Below, one piece after another: positions 25,875-36,800 of a stretch of DNA of 64,000 nucleotides. Below the pieces are notes generated by a model that was not told where the DNA came from, searched no databases, and saw nothing but the letters and a program-made list of their open reading frames with translations. Each line of letters starts with the position of its first letter. Positions within the stretch are counted from its first letter, which is position 1. The translations under genes were made by a program, and so were the position numbers. The stretch comes from Macrostomum lignano (Eukaryota): assembly GCA_002269645.1 (NCBI GenBank), contig NIVC01000225.1:222678-286677 (forward strand). The letters run 5' to 3'.

Positions 25875-27452
25875 AAGGTGAAACTAAATTTAGGGACTCA
25901 CCTGGTAGTAGGAGAAGCCACCGGTCACAGCGACCACCACCACCAGTACGATGCCGATGTACAGGTTGTCTGCCGGCGGGCTTTCGTAGGCGCCGAACTC
26001 CACGCCGTAGGCGATGAAGCAAAGGATGGCGCCAATGAGCAGCAGCAGGGAGAAGCCGCTGAAGACGGTCTTGGCGATTTGAACCCACTGCGGCGCGGCG
26101 GACGGCGGCGTCAGCTCGTTCGGGCCCTCCTGGGCGAGGCGCGCGTCGGCGTCCTCCTGCGGCAGGCCGTGCGACTCCGAGGACTGCATGTAGTCCATGA
26201 GCGCCGCAAGGTCCATGCGGTGCTCGTCCATCTCGAACTCCTGGCGGAGGTCATCTGTGCGGTGCGGCCGGCCAGTGCGAGAGCCCTTCTCGCCGCGAAG
26301 GGTTTCGGCGCGGACTGCCTGCCGGAAGCTGTTGTCTCTCTGTGGTGCAAGATTTATGAGGCGGAATTAATTTTGGCATTCTTGAAGAATATAAAACACA
26401 ACTAGAGTTTTAGCCATGTTATTGCCATAAGCACAGATATAAACATAGGAAGTTTACCTTGCATAAGCCTAAAATATTAATATAAGTCTTTGTCTACAAT
26501 CATGATGTAAATCTAAACTTGTAGCAAGAGTGAATTCATTGCTAAAAACAATGCTAAATAGCAAAAAAGCTTTAGATCATCTTAGTTACTCATATTCAAA
26601 CTGCCAAAGAAGCAGGTTAGAGTCATGAAAAAATATAAAGTACATTGTTATCAATAAATTTAAAACTTTTATTTTTGAGAAAAAAATGCTATATATTGTG
26701 CTTATTTAAGTAAATGGAGAAAATAAAAATTGATTTCTATAAAGAGGGTTTATTTCAAGGAGGCTAAATATACAAATAGGAATATACTATTTTTAACAAT
26801 ATCAAACATAGGAAAAAAATTTGTACAAGTCTAAATCAAAAGCTGTAGCTAATATAACCAGGCATTTACTATAAAATTATGCTTGGATTTTTTCCAGACA
26901 GCTTGGATTTGATTTTATGAATCATAATTCATTTGAAATATTTTTCTTTTGCTTAATGACCAATTGTGAAAGGTAAATAAAATTAACCAACTTGTTTGTC
27001 ATTGGAAAAATATACTGTTATAATACAGAAACTACCAAGTAGAACGCGCTATTGGTAAAAAATAATTATTCTCTAATTTAACTTCAAATTTTCCAGTCCA
27101 GTGTCATGTAGTAATATCTAATTGATTTTTATAAATGTACAAATAACTTATAACGAGAGAAGAAACAAAATGCTGGAAATCCTGTGGCTAGGAATTTCAT
27201 AGCAAAAACCCTTTAGTATAGGAATTACTGAGCCAACTTCCCGCTGTTCCAAGCTATATTGCTAGGTCTAGGTACAATGCTTGCAAAGTCATTTAACTTT
27301 TCGTTGGGTCTAGCGAAAAGAACCATGAAGTTGGAAACAGAAAAAATCTGCCTGGAACTAGGGGTAAACATACAATTAAATATTACTATGTGAAGTTACA
27401 ATTAAAATTATAAAGTTAATAAGAACGCTAATAAACTTACCCCGTCATCCAT
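17940..27452 (-). CDS. ATP1A: Na+/K+-transporting ATPase alpha-like subunit (P2C), divergent; exons 27452-27441, 26339-25902, 24926-24623, 24173-23793, 23535-23210, 22321-21956, 21601-21206, 19819-19334, 18305-17940 (1024 aa)
   Basis: Motifs [80 protein letters not shown] and SYGQEW. All junctions are GT-AG and phase-compatible; total 3075 nt. The 12-nt first exon (MDDG) and the C-terminus are the least certain parts. Confidence 0.93.
18445..19155. repeat. 24-bp minisatellite in ATPase intron 8 (catgtagtttcctacttccggtcc)
   Basis: About 29 units; source of the [11 protein letters not shown]. Confidence 0.95.
19850..21203. repeat. 25-bp minisatellite filling ATPase intron 7 (gacaggctcagatccccaatcccct)
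   Basis: Array runs up to the GTGAGC donor at 21205. Confidence 0.95.
21620..21850. repeat. 22-bp minisatellite in ATPase intron 6
   Basis: gcagtggctgagattcgggtga units. Confidence 0.9.
22390..23200. repeat. 41-bp minisatellite in ATPase intron 5
   Basis: ggcaatccaatagtctagtcacttccggtttaga[g/t]ggaaaa x ~19. Confidence 0.95.
23550..23735. repeat. 45-bp minisatellite in ATPase intron 4
   Basis: About 4 units of tgtggttttttaggtgaactcaagtctgttgctaggc... Confidence 0.88.
24230..24575. repeat. 43-bp minisatellite in ATPase intron 3
   Basis: aagccagtgggataaaattcccatctcaggtgctcactccctg x ~8. Confidence 0.92.
24995..25872. repeat. (ACTG)n/(ACTA)n microsatellite block in ATPase intron 2, containing dispersed-repeat copy 2 (25401-25701)
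   Basis: Direct reading; the core matches 1951-2251. Confidence 0.93.
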
Positions 27453-28796
27453 TTCCGGGTACAAGTAAGAGAAATGAGGATTTGTCAACTGATTTGAATT
27501 TACACCGCGTCTTATATGTTAACCCCAGCAATCAGTTTAACAAAGTAAAAAAATAAGCTTCAAAAATTATTATTTAAGACGTTTAATGTGTTTTTTAAAG
27601 CGTTTTAATATTAGACCACTCTTATTTGCAAAATTTTGCAACTAGTTAATTTGCGAATAATCCCGTGACTTGGCAAACTTCATGAGCTGAAAAAAACTAT
27701 ACTACAAATTACTTTACTATGATGTAATGCAAGCAAATGAAATTATACATGCTTTATTCACAATCGACTCGAAACGCAACCAATATTCTTTCCTGCGAAA
27801 AGCTAGACGAGAAGTTAGTTTGATCACTATCGAAGCAGTTGAAAAATGACTTTGATCTAATAATTTCTTGTAAAGAAACTACTTATCGATAAATAAAAGA
27901 TAACTCAGTACTGATTAAATACATACCGGTATACAGTAACATTTAGCAACAGTAATTGGGCTTATACCAGATTTTTTACGTGATAACGTTACGTACATCT
28001 ACCGGATGGCACAAGCAGTTGTGCAAACTGCAGCTATCTAACCGCATATGTCGTTCATCCTTTCTGTCAAAGCTTACTTAATTAAATGTTTATGCATCAA
28101 AGATTCGTCCTTTGAATAAAATCTGTTTTAAAGCTCTTGAGCCGATCAATGGATGCGTCCCATGCTCGATCTACTGCACCTGTATACATTGTGGCTCGTA
28201 CCTGTACTGCGCGCAGCAATTCAAGCTAAGCAGTCAGTTGCAAACCAATTACTGCATGTCAAAAAATTATTTTTCGTCTACAAAAAGCTCTCGAGAGCAG
28301 CCAATTCATTCAAGCTCGGGTTGCGAGAAAGCGGCTGAGTATCAAAGCAAAGCTGCTCTTTGTGAGAAGGAACTGGCGGAGGTCCGCATCTCAACAATCC
28401 GGAGAGACCGAGCCGTAGCAATTTTTGCTTTCAAGCTGCCGAATCTCCCATTGTTTTTTTCTATACAATGACGCTGGAGTGACTCATTTGCATGCATCTG
28501 CGTGACGCTCTCGAATTTGCTCCTTTCTAGTTGTTCTGGAAAGAGCGACTAAAAACGGGAACGCAAAAATGCGGAGGCGGAGACAAAAAGCGCGATTTGA
28601 TTCGCTGCCGGGGCGACCACCAATTGATGGCTTGCTGGAGAGTTGCAGCGTTGGCAGCGTTGAAAAGTGCTTTTTCTGTCTCAAAAATCCACACTCATTT
28701 TTAACGCTTTGAGCCCTTCTGTCACATAGTGGAGCATCGAGACTGACATTTGTTGTAGTTCAGCGCTTTTCCAATAGAGGAATTAAAAAAGAAGAC

Positions 28797-29333
28797 ATGC
28801 AAATTCTCGCACTGTCAGTTGCCACCCTCGCCATCGCTGCTGCAGTCGCTGCCGCTGCGACCGCCGATCAATGGGAAAAAGTGGAATCTGGAGACGGGCT
28901 GATGGTGGGGAAGAACGCCTGGGAGCGAGGCTCCCGCCTGGGCAAGCGCGAGTGGCAGCGAGGCTCCCGCCTGATGGGCAAGCGCGAGTGGCAGCGAGGC
29001 TCCCGCCTGGGCAAGCGCGATTGGCAGCGAGGCTCTCGCCTGGGCAAGCGTGAGTGGCAGCGAGGCTCCCGCCTGGGCAAGCGCGAGTGGCAGCGAGGCT
29101 CCCGCCTGGGCAAGCGCGAGTGGCAGCGAGGCTCCCGCCTGGGCAAGCGCGATTGGCAGCGAGGCTCCCGCCTGGGCAAGCGCGAGTGGCAGCGAGGCTC
29201 TCGCCTGGGCAAGCGCGATCGGCAGCGAGGCTCCCGCCTGGGCAAGCGCGAGTGGCAGCGAGGCTCCCGCCTGGGCAAGCGCGATTGGCAGCGAGGCTCT
29301 CGCCTGGGCAAGCGCAACTACATCGAAGAGTAA
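28797..29333 (+). CDS. Neuropeptide precursor: signal peptide plus 12 G-KR-flanked amidated peptides ([E/D]WQRGSRLamide type)
   Basis: Hydrophobic N-terminus MQILALSVATLAIAAAVAAAATA. Predicted products: NAWERGSRLa, EWQRGSRLMa, EWQRGSRLa x6, DWQRGSRLa x3, DRQRGSRLa. Each is followed by G-KR; the ORF ends with a non-repeat tail NYIEE*. AATAAA at 29457. Confidence 0.9.
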   Translation: MQILALSVATLAIAAAVAAAATADQWEKVESGDGLMVGKNAWERGSRLGKREWQRGSRLMGKREWQRGSRLGKRDWQRGSRLGKREWQRGSRLGKREWQRGSRLGKREWQRGSRLGKRDWQRGSRLGKREWQRGSRLGKRDRQRGSRLGKREWQRGSRLGKRDWQRGSRLGKRNYIEE

Positions 29334-30670
29334 AAATGAAAGCACTCCCCCGAACCTTGAGCACTAAATGCAGGATGATATTACAGACAGGGTTTAAAGT
29401 TTCATATCGAATGTCGGTGCCATCAGAGATACTCCCGCGGCTTTATGCTCTTGACAAATAAAATTTGTTTGGTTTTGACTGAAGCAACTTAATCAGTTTG
29501 AAAGAAGTTCGCAGCATAGAACCTTTCTTTCTCTGCCTTTGTCTTTTCTCGACCTGAGAAGCGTCAACAGCCAATGACCAGCTGTGTTGATTCAGACATG
29601 CTCAAATGTACTTTAGATCTGAGAGAGACTTTTACAGAAATTGACTTTGCTTATACTCTACGAGTATATTACAAAAAGATGTTTGAGAATGTACATCATT
29701 TGTTATGGCTTTGGTGGTTTTATAGAAACTGGGATACAGGTACAATTAGTGTACTTTGAGGGCTCTTGCCCTACAGAAGGAGCCGGCATAAAAATGTTTT
29801 TTTCTGTTGAAGAGAGCAAGATTCTAAGCAACCGGAATGAAAAAGCAAGCCTTCTGCATGCAATATTTCAAAAATTATGGAGCGTTTTGAAACTCGGCTG
29901 TCAAAAAATCCACACGATTTGATAGTGGCATTCCATGGACAGCTGAAGTAGGACACTGCTCTCGGCTTTCTTAGAAATGAGCCGGCAAAGAGCGGATGCT
30001 CCAGAGAGCGCATAGCGCTAAAAGAAGATGTGCCATAGACAGATTTTTTCGAGAATATTCAGGTTTCTACAGATCACACTAAATGCACTGCTTCTATCGA
30101 AGTGATCGAAATTGTGAAATTTCTTCTAAGCACTTTTGGAGCTGTCCATTGATTACGCGCCTCATTAACCTGATTTGAGCATTATCAGCAGCTTCGGATG
30201 CTATTAAAGTGTTGGCACTCGCCTATCAGGAATTACGGGGAACAGATCGGGGTTTATTTTAGTCGATCAAATGCAAGCTTTTTCCGTTTTTGGGGCTGGT
30301 CTCGCCCTCCCACGCAGGAGCTCTGTGGGACGCATTCCATACATGGGGATGGCTTAGATAGCCAGAGCACGCGACTCAATTGCTCAATAGCAGAAGTGGG
30401 CTGCATGTCGCACGTAGCTGCAGACACTGATGCAGCATAGAAAGTGCTCTGCAGAGCTCTCGAACCTAATGGACAGAAACTGCTCAAATAATATTGCAGA
30501 TTGAATCCTGATGCCTCAGTATCAGTGCATTGATGCGAGGCGAGCTGCGTACTAACAGGCAAATGCAATATTAATAATGGCTTTCTCCGGCACTATGGGC
30601 AGTGACAGAGACTGACCCTGGTAATTGGATTTCTCTGCGCTGCAGTAAAAGCTGTCATTGAATTTCAACC

Positions 30671-30859
<189 letters not shown>

Positions 30860-31284
30860 GCTAAAAAATGAAGCGAGCCAAGCGGCGAGGCGGATTTTAA
30901 AGGGTTTGGCGTGGAGTTATCAGAATATATCTGAGTATGAGTCTGGCGATGTAGATCACCTGGGGAGTAGCCAAAGGCGCAGACGCTAAAATCATATGGT
31001 GCATCCGAGGGCTGTGTACGACTGTGGGAAGGGTTCTCCTGTACTCCGTGCACCCCTGCACCCCTGGTACTGATACAACTGATTTAGGTATGTGCTAACC
31101 ACTATCATCTCTGCTTAACTTTCAGCGCATTCAGCGGGTCGCAAGCCGAGTGGGTTGGCGAAGAGTTTCCACCAGACTCGCTCAGTTACTGAGGCCAATT
31201 CCAATGGTTTCATTGTGCAGTCTTTATTTCAACTGGCTCAACATTTGGTCTGAGTCTGTCTCGAGTCCCAGCACTTTTCTAGCC

Positions 31285-32052
31285 ATTAGCAAGCATTGGC
31301 AATCATTAGCAATCATTAGCAATCATTAGCAATCATTGGCAATCATTAGCAATCATTGGCAATCATTAGCAAGCATTGGCAATCATTAGCAATCATTAGC
31401 AATCATTAGCTATCATTGGCAATCATTAGCAATCATTGGCAATCATTAGCAATCATTGGCAATCATTGGCAATCATTAGCAATCATTAGCAATCATTAGC
31501 AATCATTGGCAATCATTAGCAATCATTGGCAATCATTAGCAATCATTGGCAATCATTAGCAATCATTAGCAATCAATAGCAATCATTGACAATCATTAGC
31601 AGTCATTGGCAATCATTAGCAATCATTAGCAATCATTGACAATCATTAGCAGTCATTAGCAATCATTGGCAATCATTAGCAATCATTGGCAATCATTAGC
31701 AATCATTAGCAATCTTTAGCAATCATAGCAATCATTAGCAATCATTAGCAATCATTAGCAATCATTAGCAGTCATTAGCAATCATTGGCAATCATTAGCA
31801 ATCATTGGCAATCATTAGCAATCATTAGCAATCTTTAGCAATCATAGCAATCATTAGCAATCATTAGCAATCATTAGCAATCATTAGCTATCATTAGCAC
31901 ATGATTGTCAATGATTGCTAATGATTGCTAATGATAGCTAATGATTGCCAATGATTGCTAATGATAGCTAATGATTGCTAATGATTGCTAATCATTAGCA
32001 ATCCTTGACAATCATTAGCAATCATTGGCAATCATTAGCAATCATTGACAAT
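31285..32052. repeat. 10-bp satellite (aatcatt[a/g]gc) with an internally inverted block at 31901-31990
   Basis: Units switch to atgattgcta (the reverse complement) for ~9 units, then revert. Confidence 0.93.
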
Positions 32053-32889
32053 CATGTGCAAGGCGCTGGTTTGGCAGGCAGCGGCGAGACGTCCCCGCAG
32101 CGCCAGTGATTGATGGCTCGGGACAGTCCAGGCCGAAGAACAGCCCCATTTGTGGCTCTTGGCACGCAAGCAGCTCGAGAGCCGCTGCAGGGAGGGAGAC
32201 TGGTAGACCTTCTGCTACAGGCTCTAAATTAATGCAGTCTTGTTGAACCACACCCTAGCAACTAAAGCTGGCTATATTTAGCGACCTTGCACTAATTCGA
32301 CCAAGGCGTCTGCATCAGTACTGCTACTGCGAGCAGCCCATTTGCATGCCAGAGCTGACCAGCCAGATATTTCCATGCTGATTCAAACTGAATTCAGCGA
32401 TAAAAACAAACCATTTTTCTATTGAATTCCAACCGTCCCAGTTTTATTACCTTGCGAGAGAATCGATTCGTGTATTGTGTTTAGGACGATGGGGGCCTCC
32501 ATCGAGTCGGTTGAGTGCCAACTAAATCGGTGCATTTTGCCAAATCAATCCGAGCATCTGAGCAGAGCTGTCAGGTTGGGTGTGAGACCCGCGAGCAGCC
32601 ACTCCAATAATTGGAGCAAGCGCTGCTCAGTGAGAACCCCGAGCTTGCAACAATTCTGCCAGCCAGCTCATTTCGTGAGTAGCTTTAAAAGCGGCTTGCC
32701 CTTTCCAATTAAAATTGAAGGAAGACAGCTCAGCGGTAACCATGAGGGCCGCCCACTCCAATGCACAGTGTGTGTGCATGCCCGACTACAAGGGGCCACT
32801 GAAGTAATGTACATATCCTGTGCGTGCTCGGGGCATGACTACCGCCTTCTCGATGTCTGCAGGTTCCCTGCGGCCTGCGAACCAGCTCT

Positions 32890-33200
32890 TGTGCACCTGG
32901 AGATCCCGAGCCTCCACAGCTCTTGTCCACCTGGAGATCCCTGAGCCTCCACAGCTCTTGTCCACCTGGAGATCCCCGAGCCTCCACAGCTCTTGTCCAC
33001 CTGGAGATCCCTGAGCCTCCACAGCTCTTGTCCACCTGGAGATCCCCGAGCCTCCACAGCTCTTGTCCACCTGGAGATCCCTGAGCCTCCACAGCTCTTG
33101 TCCACCTGGAGATCCCTGAGCCTCCACAGCTCTTGTCCACCTGGAGATCTCCGAGCCTCCACAGCTCTTGTCCACCTGGAGATCCCCGAGCCTCCACAGC
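32890..33200. repeat. 35-bp minisatellite
   Basis: ctggagatccccgagcctccacagctcttgtccac x ~9. Confidence 0.93.
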
Positions 33201-33840
33201 CTCAGAGGGAAAGCGCTTCTAAGGAATTTCAAATTTTCACCAGCACGGCTTGTAGCGCCTGTCTTTGCGCATCTGCGGTGAAGTCTGCAGAAAATAATAC
33301 GCTGATACAATTCTGCCACTTTATTATCGAGACACAGAGGCGTCTTAACGAAAAAGACTGTCGGAAAATAGGAAATGTTGGAAGCAACTTTGAGGGATCT
33401 GTCTGTAATTTTGCTGGTCAAAAAAGGGATTGCACCACATCCACAGAAATAAGAACAAATTTTTATTGCGTCAATAAATTTATAAACCAGAAATTCCCGA
33501 ATACCGCAGATTTTACACTAACTAATTAGCATAATGAGGAATTAGCAAGTAGATTGGCCTTCGCTGCCAAGCGTCAGTTTTAAGTTACTAATGTAGTCAG
33601 CCAGCTGTATTGTTCACAGGTGCTGAGGATCTGAAATGGGGTGGGAAAATTAATAATTAAGTCAACTGGGGTTGAACTCTGCCGTTTTGAATGTGGGGAG
33701 CCGATACTCGTATTCGAGCATGCTGTGGCGATAGTGCGAATGGGTGAGTAATGGGAGATAGGAGAACTCAATCAATAACTCAATCACTTGGTCATTGACC
33801 TCACCTCTTCAGGCGTCTTCTACTTGGCGGCCTTGTACTT

Positions 33841-36800
33841 CTACTTGGTCTCTTTCTTCTCTTTCTTCTCTTTCTTCTCTTTCTTCCCTTTCTTTTCTTT
33901 CTTCTCTTTCTTCTCTTTCTTCTCTTTCTTTTCTTTCTTCTCTTTCTTCTCTTTCTTCTCTTTCTTCTCTTTCTTCTCTTTCTTGCCTTTCTTCTCTTTC
34001 TTGCCTTTCTTCTCTTTCTTTTCTTTCTTCTCTTTCTTCTCTTTCTTCCCTTTCTTCCCTTTCTTCTCTTTCTTCTCCTTATCGCCCTTCTCGCCCTTCT
34101 TCTTGGCCTTGGGCGCCTTGGAAATCTTGTCGTCAGACAGTTTGATCTCCTTCTGGGCCTGGGCGATCCTGCCATTGACCTTGGCCAGACGCCGTTTCAA
34201 GATGTCCTTGTCACTCCTGCGAGAGAAGTAAGCGATGTAGCTGATGTGCCTGGACACCTTCTCGGCAGTCTCAAGGAGGTCCTTGAAATCTTCGATGCAC
34301 TTCTCGGCGAGCTTCTGGTCTCGCTTGGCCCGGGCCTTGTTGGAGGCGACAATGAGCTTGTCGGTCATGCTGTCGGCTTTGCTGGTGGCCTTCTTCAGCT
34401 TGACCGCTTCCTTGTCGGCGAGTTTTCGCGCGTCCTTGCGGCGGATGCGCGGCACGGAGTCGGAGGCCGAGCGGACCAGGCGGCGCAGTGGCCGCATGAT
34501 GCTCAGGACGATGTCTGACACCTCGGAGGCCTGGCGGACAACCTCCAGCGAGGCTGCGAGAATTTGGTAGTCGGGTTACGTTGGGTTAGGCTTGTAATCT
34601 TGCCTATGTTTAGTGACACGGCAGCCGATAATTTGTACGCAATGAACCTACTATTTGATACGCTCACGGATCGATGGATTCCAGCTTACCGTATGGCATG
34701 AATTGTGCGCAATGAACCTACTATTTGATAAGCTCACGGATCGATAGATTCCAGCTTACCGTATGGCAGAGTGGAGAAGCTGGATGAGTCAATCTTCAGT
34801 TTGGTTTTTCCAACCTTCAGCTTCAATTCCTCCTCTTCCACCAGCGACTTGAGCTTCTCGATCTTGCTGCTGCGCACCAGGCCGGAGACGAGCAGCTTTC
34901 GGGACACGTACAGCTTGCGGATGGTGTAGGGGTGAATCCGCAGCGCCTTGGCAAGGCCGTTCCTCACGGCGCTCAAGAATTTGCTCTTCTGCTTCTGAGA
35001 GTCGCCAACAGTGGAAACGTATGAGCCCTTGACGGTGAACTCGAACTGAGCCAGGTCCTTGGCTGCAGGGGTTTGAAATGGTTATTTAAGAAGAGCCCTG
35101 TCGGTTTTAACTTGTTTTGAGCAGGGAAATCATCAACATTGACTTACGATCGACCTTCTTGAAGCCCATCTCCTCCCAGTTGATCTCAACGTTTCGCGAC
35201 AGCAGATCCCGGATCTTGTCTGCAATTGGTTGTTCAGTTATAAAGTCCGTTGTTGGTCATTACCGGAATGAGTAGAAAACCGAGCACTTACTGGTATATT
35301 TCGCCTTCATCGAAACCTTGTTAACTTTTCCAACTCTGCAGGTGGCAGAGATGATGTCATCTACGAACTGCGGCTCGACCAGCTCGCTGAATGTGCTTGT
35401 CTTGAAGCTGTGGATGCCGTGCGGCACCGTTGCAATGCTGTCGAGCTGCTTTTCCTGGATGTCATCGCCAACTCCGACGGTGATGATTCGGCAGCCCAAG
35501 GCTTTGACCTTCGCGGCCTCCTTGATCGGGTCGACCTTGCTGTTGGAGGCTCCGTCGGTAACCAGAATGACGACACTCTCGACGCCCTTGCTCTCGCCAC
35601 CCCGATAGCCATTGACCTTGTTGAGCAGAAAGCGGCGGAAGGCCTTGATGGCGTCTCCGGTGTAGGTGGAGCCTGGAGAATATTCCATCTCCATCACTCG
35701 AGTGGTCATGGAGTCCAGGTGGTAGTGGGCGACGTAGTTGAAGATCACCTTCATTCTCTGCACGCTGGAGAACTTGAGCAGAGCCACGTGCGTGTTGTCG
35801 CGAGAAACGTCCAGCTTCTTTGCTACGGCAACAATAAAGCGCCGAATGTGCTCGAAGTTCCTGCCGCGAACGGAGTCAGAGGAGTCGATTAGGAAAGCGA
35901 CGTCCATGCGCTTGCTGCAGGTGCGCTTGCACTTGGCCGATCCCGTCCACAGAATGTCATCGCACTGGTTGCGGCTGTTGACTCGCTGGGTGTACACTTT
36001 GATTGGCACAATCTTGCCATTGCAATGGCCAGTTTCCACCGCCGGCTTGGGGCAAGAGCAGCGGATCTCCTTGGTGCGTCTGCGTTGGATGCAGCCGCGA
36101 GTGAGGCGGTTGAACTCGTAGAAGGTCTCATACATGATCTTGAAGTTGTTCACACACGGCAGGTATTTGCGGGTGGGCTTTGGGCAGGCTGAAATGCATT
36201 CATCAGTGATAGTTTTTTCATTCGACAAGACGGAATGCCATAAATTGTTTAAAAACTTACCGCATCTCGCAGTCTTAGTCTTAGTCACTGCTTTGCAATG
36301 ACCGCCAGATTCGCCACCACTGATCAGCTTGTACTGCAGAATGGTGGTCTTCCTGTACTGGTTCTCGCATTTGCCAATGGTTTTCTTCGGACCGGGGCAG
36401 CCACAGCGGACTCTACTGTCCTTGGAGGAGCTTTCGCAAATGCCCTTCTTTTTATTTAACTTGAAGTAGGTAGTCGTAATTTTTTTAAACATTTTTTCGC
36501 ACGGACCCGCCTTTGTGTCCGGCTTCGGACACGCGCAGCGCACCTTCTTAAAGTCCTGCTTCACAACCTTCTTGCAGCCGTAGCCCTTGGGCACGTACTC
36601 AACCCGGTGGATGGATTTGTAGTTGCCGACGCAGTCGCCATTGATTAAATACGGGTGCGGGCACACTGCAATTTCGGGCAATACAGAGTTAAGCAAGCTG
36701 GGTTATTAGCTTGAGTAATCCATCAAAGACACTCACGTGGCCTCTCGCAGTGGAAGGTGAGAACTCGGGCAACCAGGCCGTGGATGTCCTGGAACTCGCG

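Noticed and set aside
28783-29461. Overlapping alternative-frame ORFs (ACPGGSLAA, AQAGASLP, AARLPPGQ)
   Set aside because: Shadows of the 33-bp coding repeat; only the MQILAL frame has a signal peptide and G-KR sites.
33788-34231. Phe/Ser-rich and Arg-rich ORFs
   Set aside because: Antisense and off-frame readings of the Lys/Glu coding tail.
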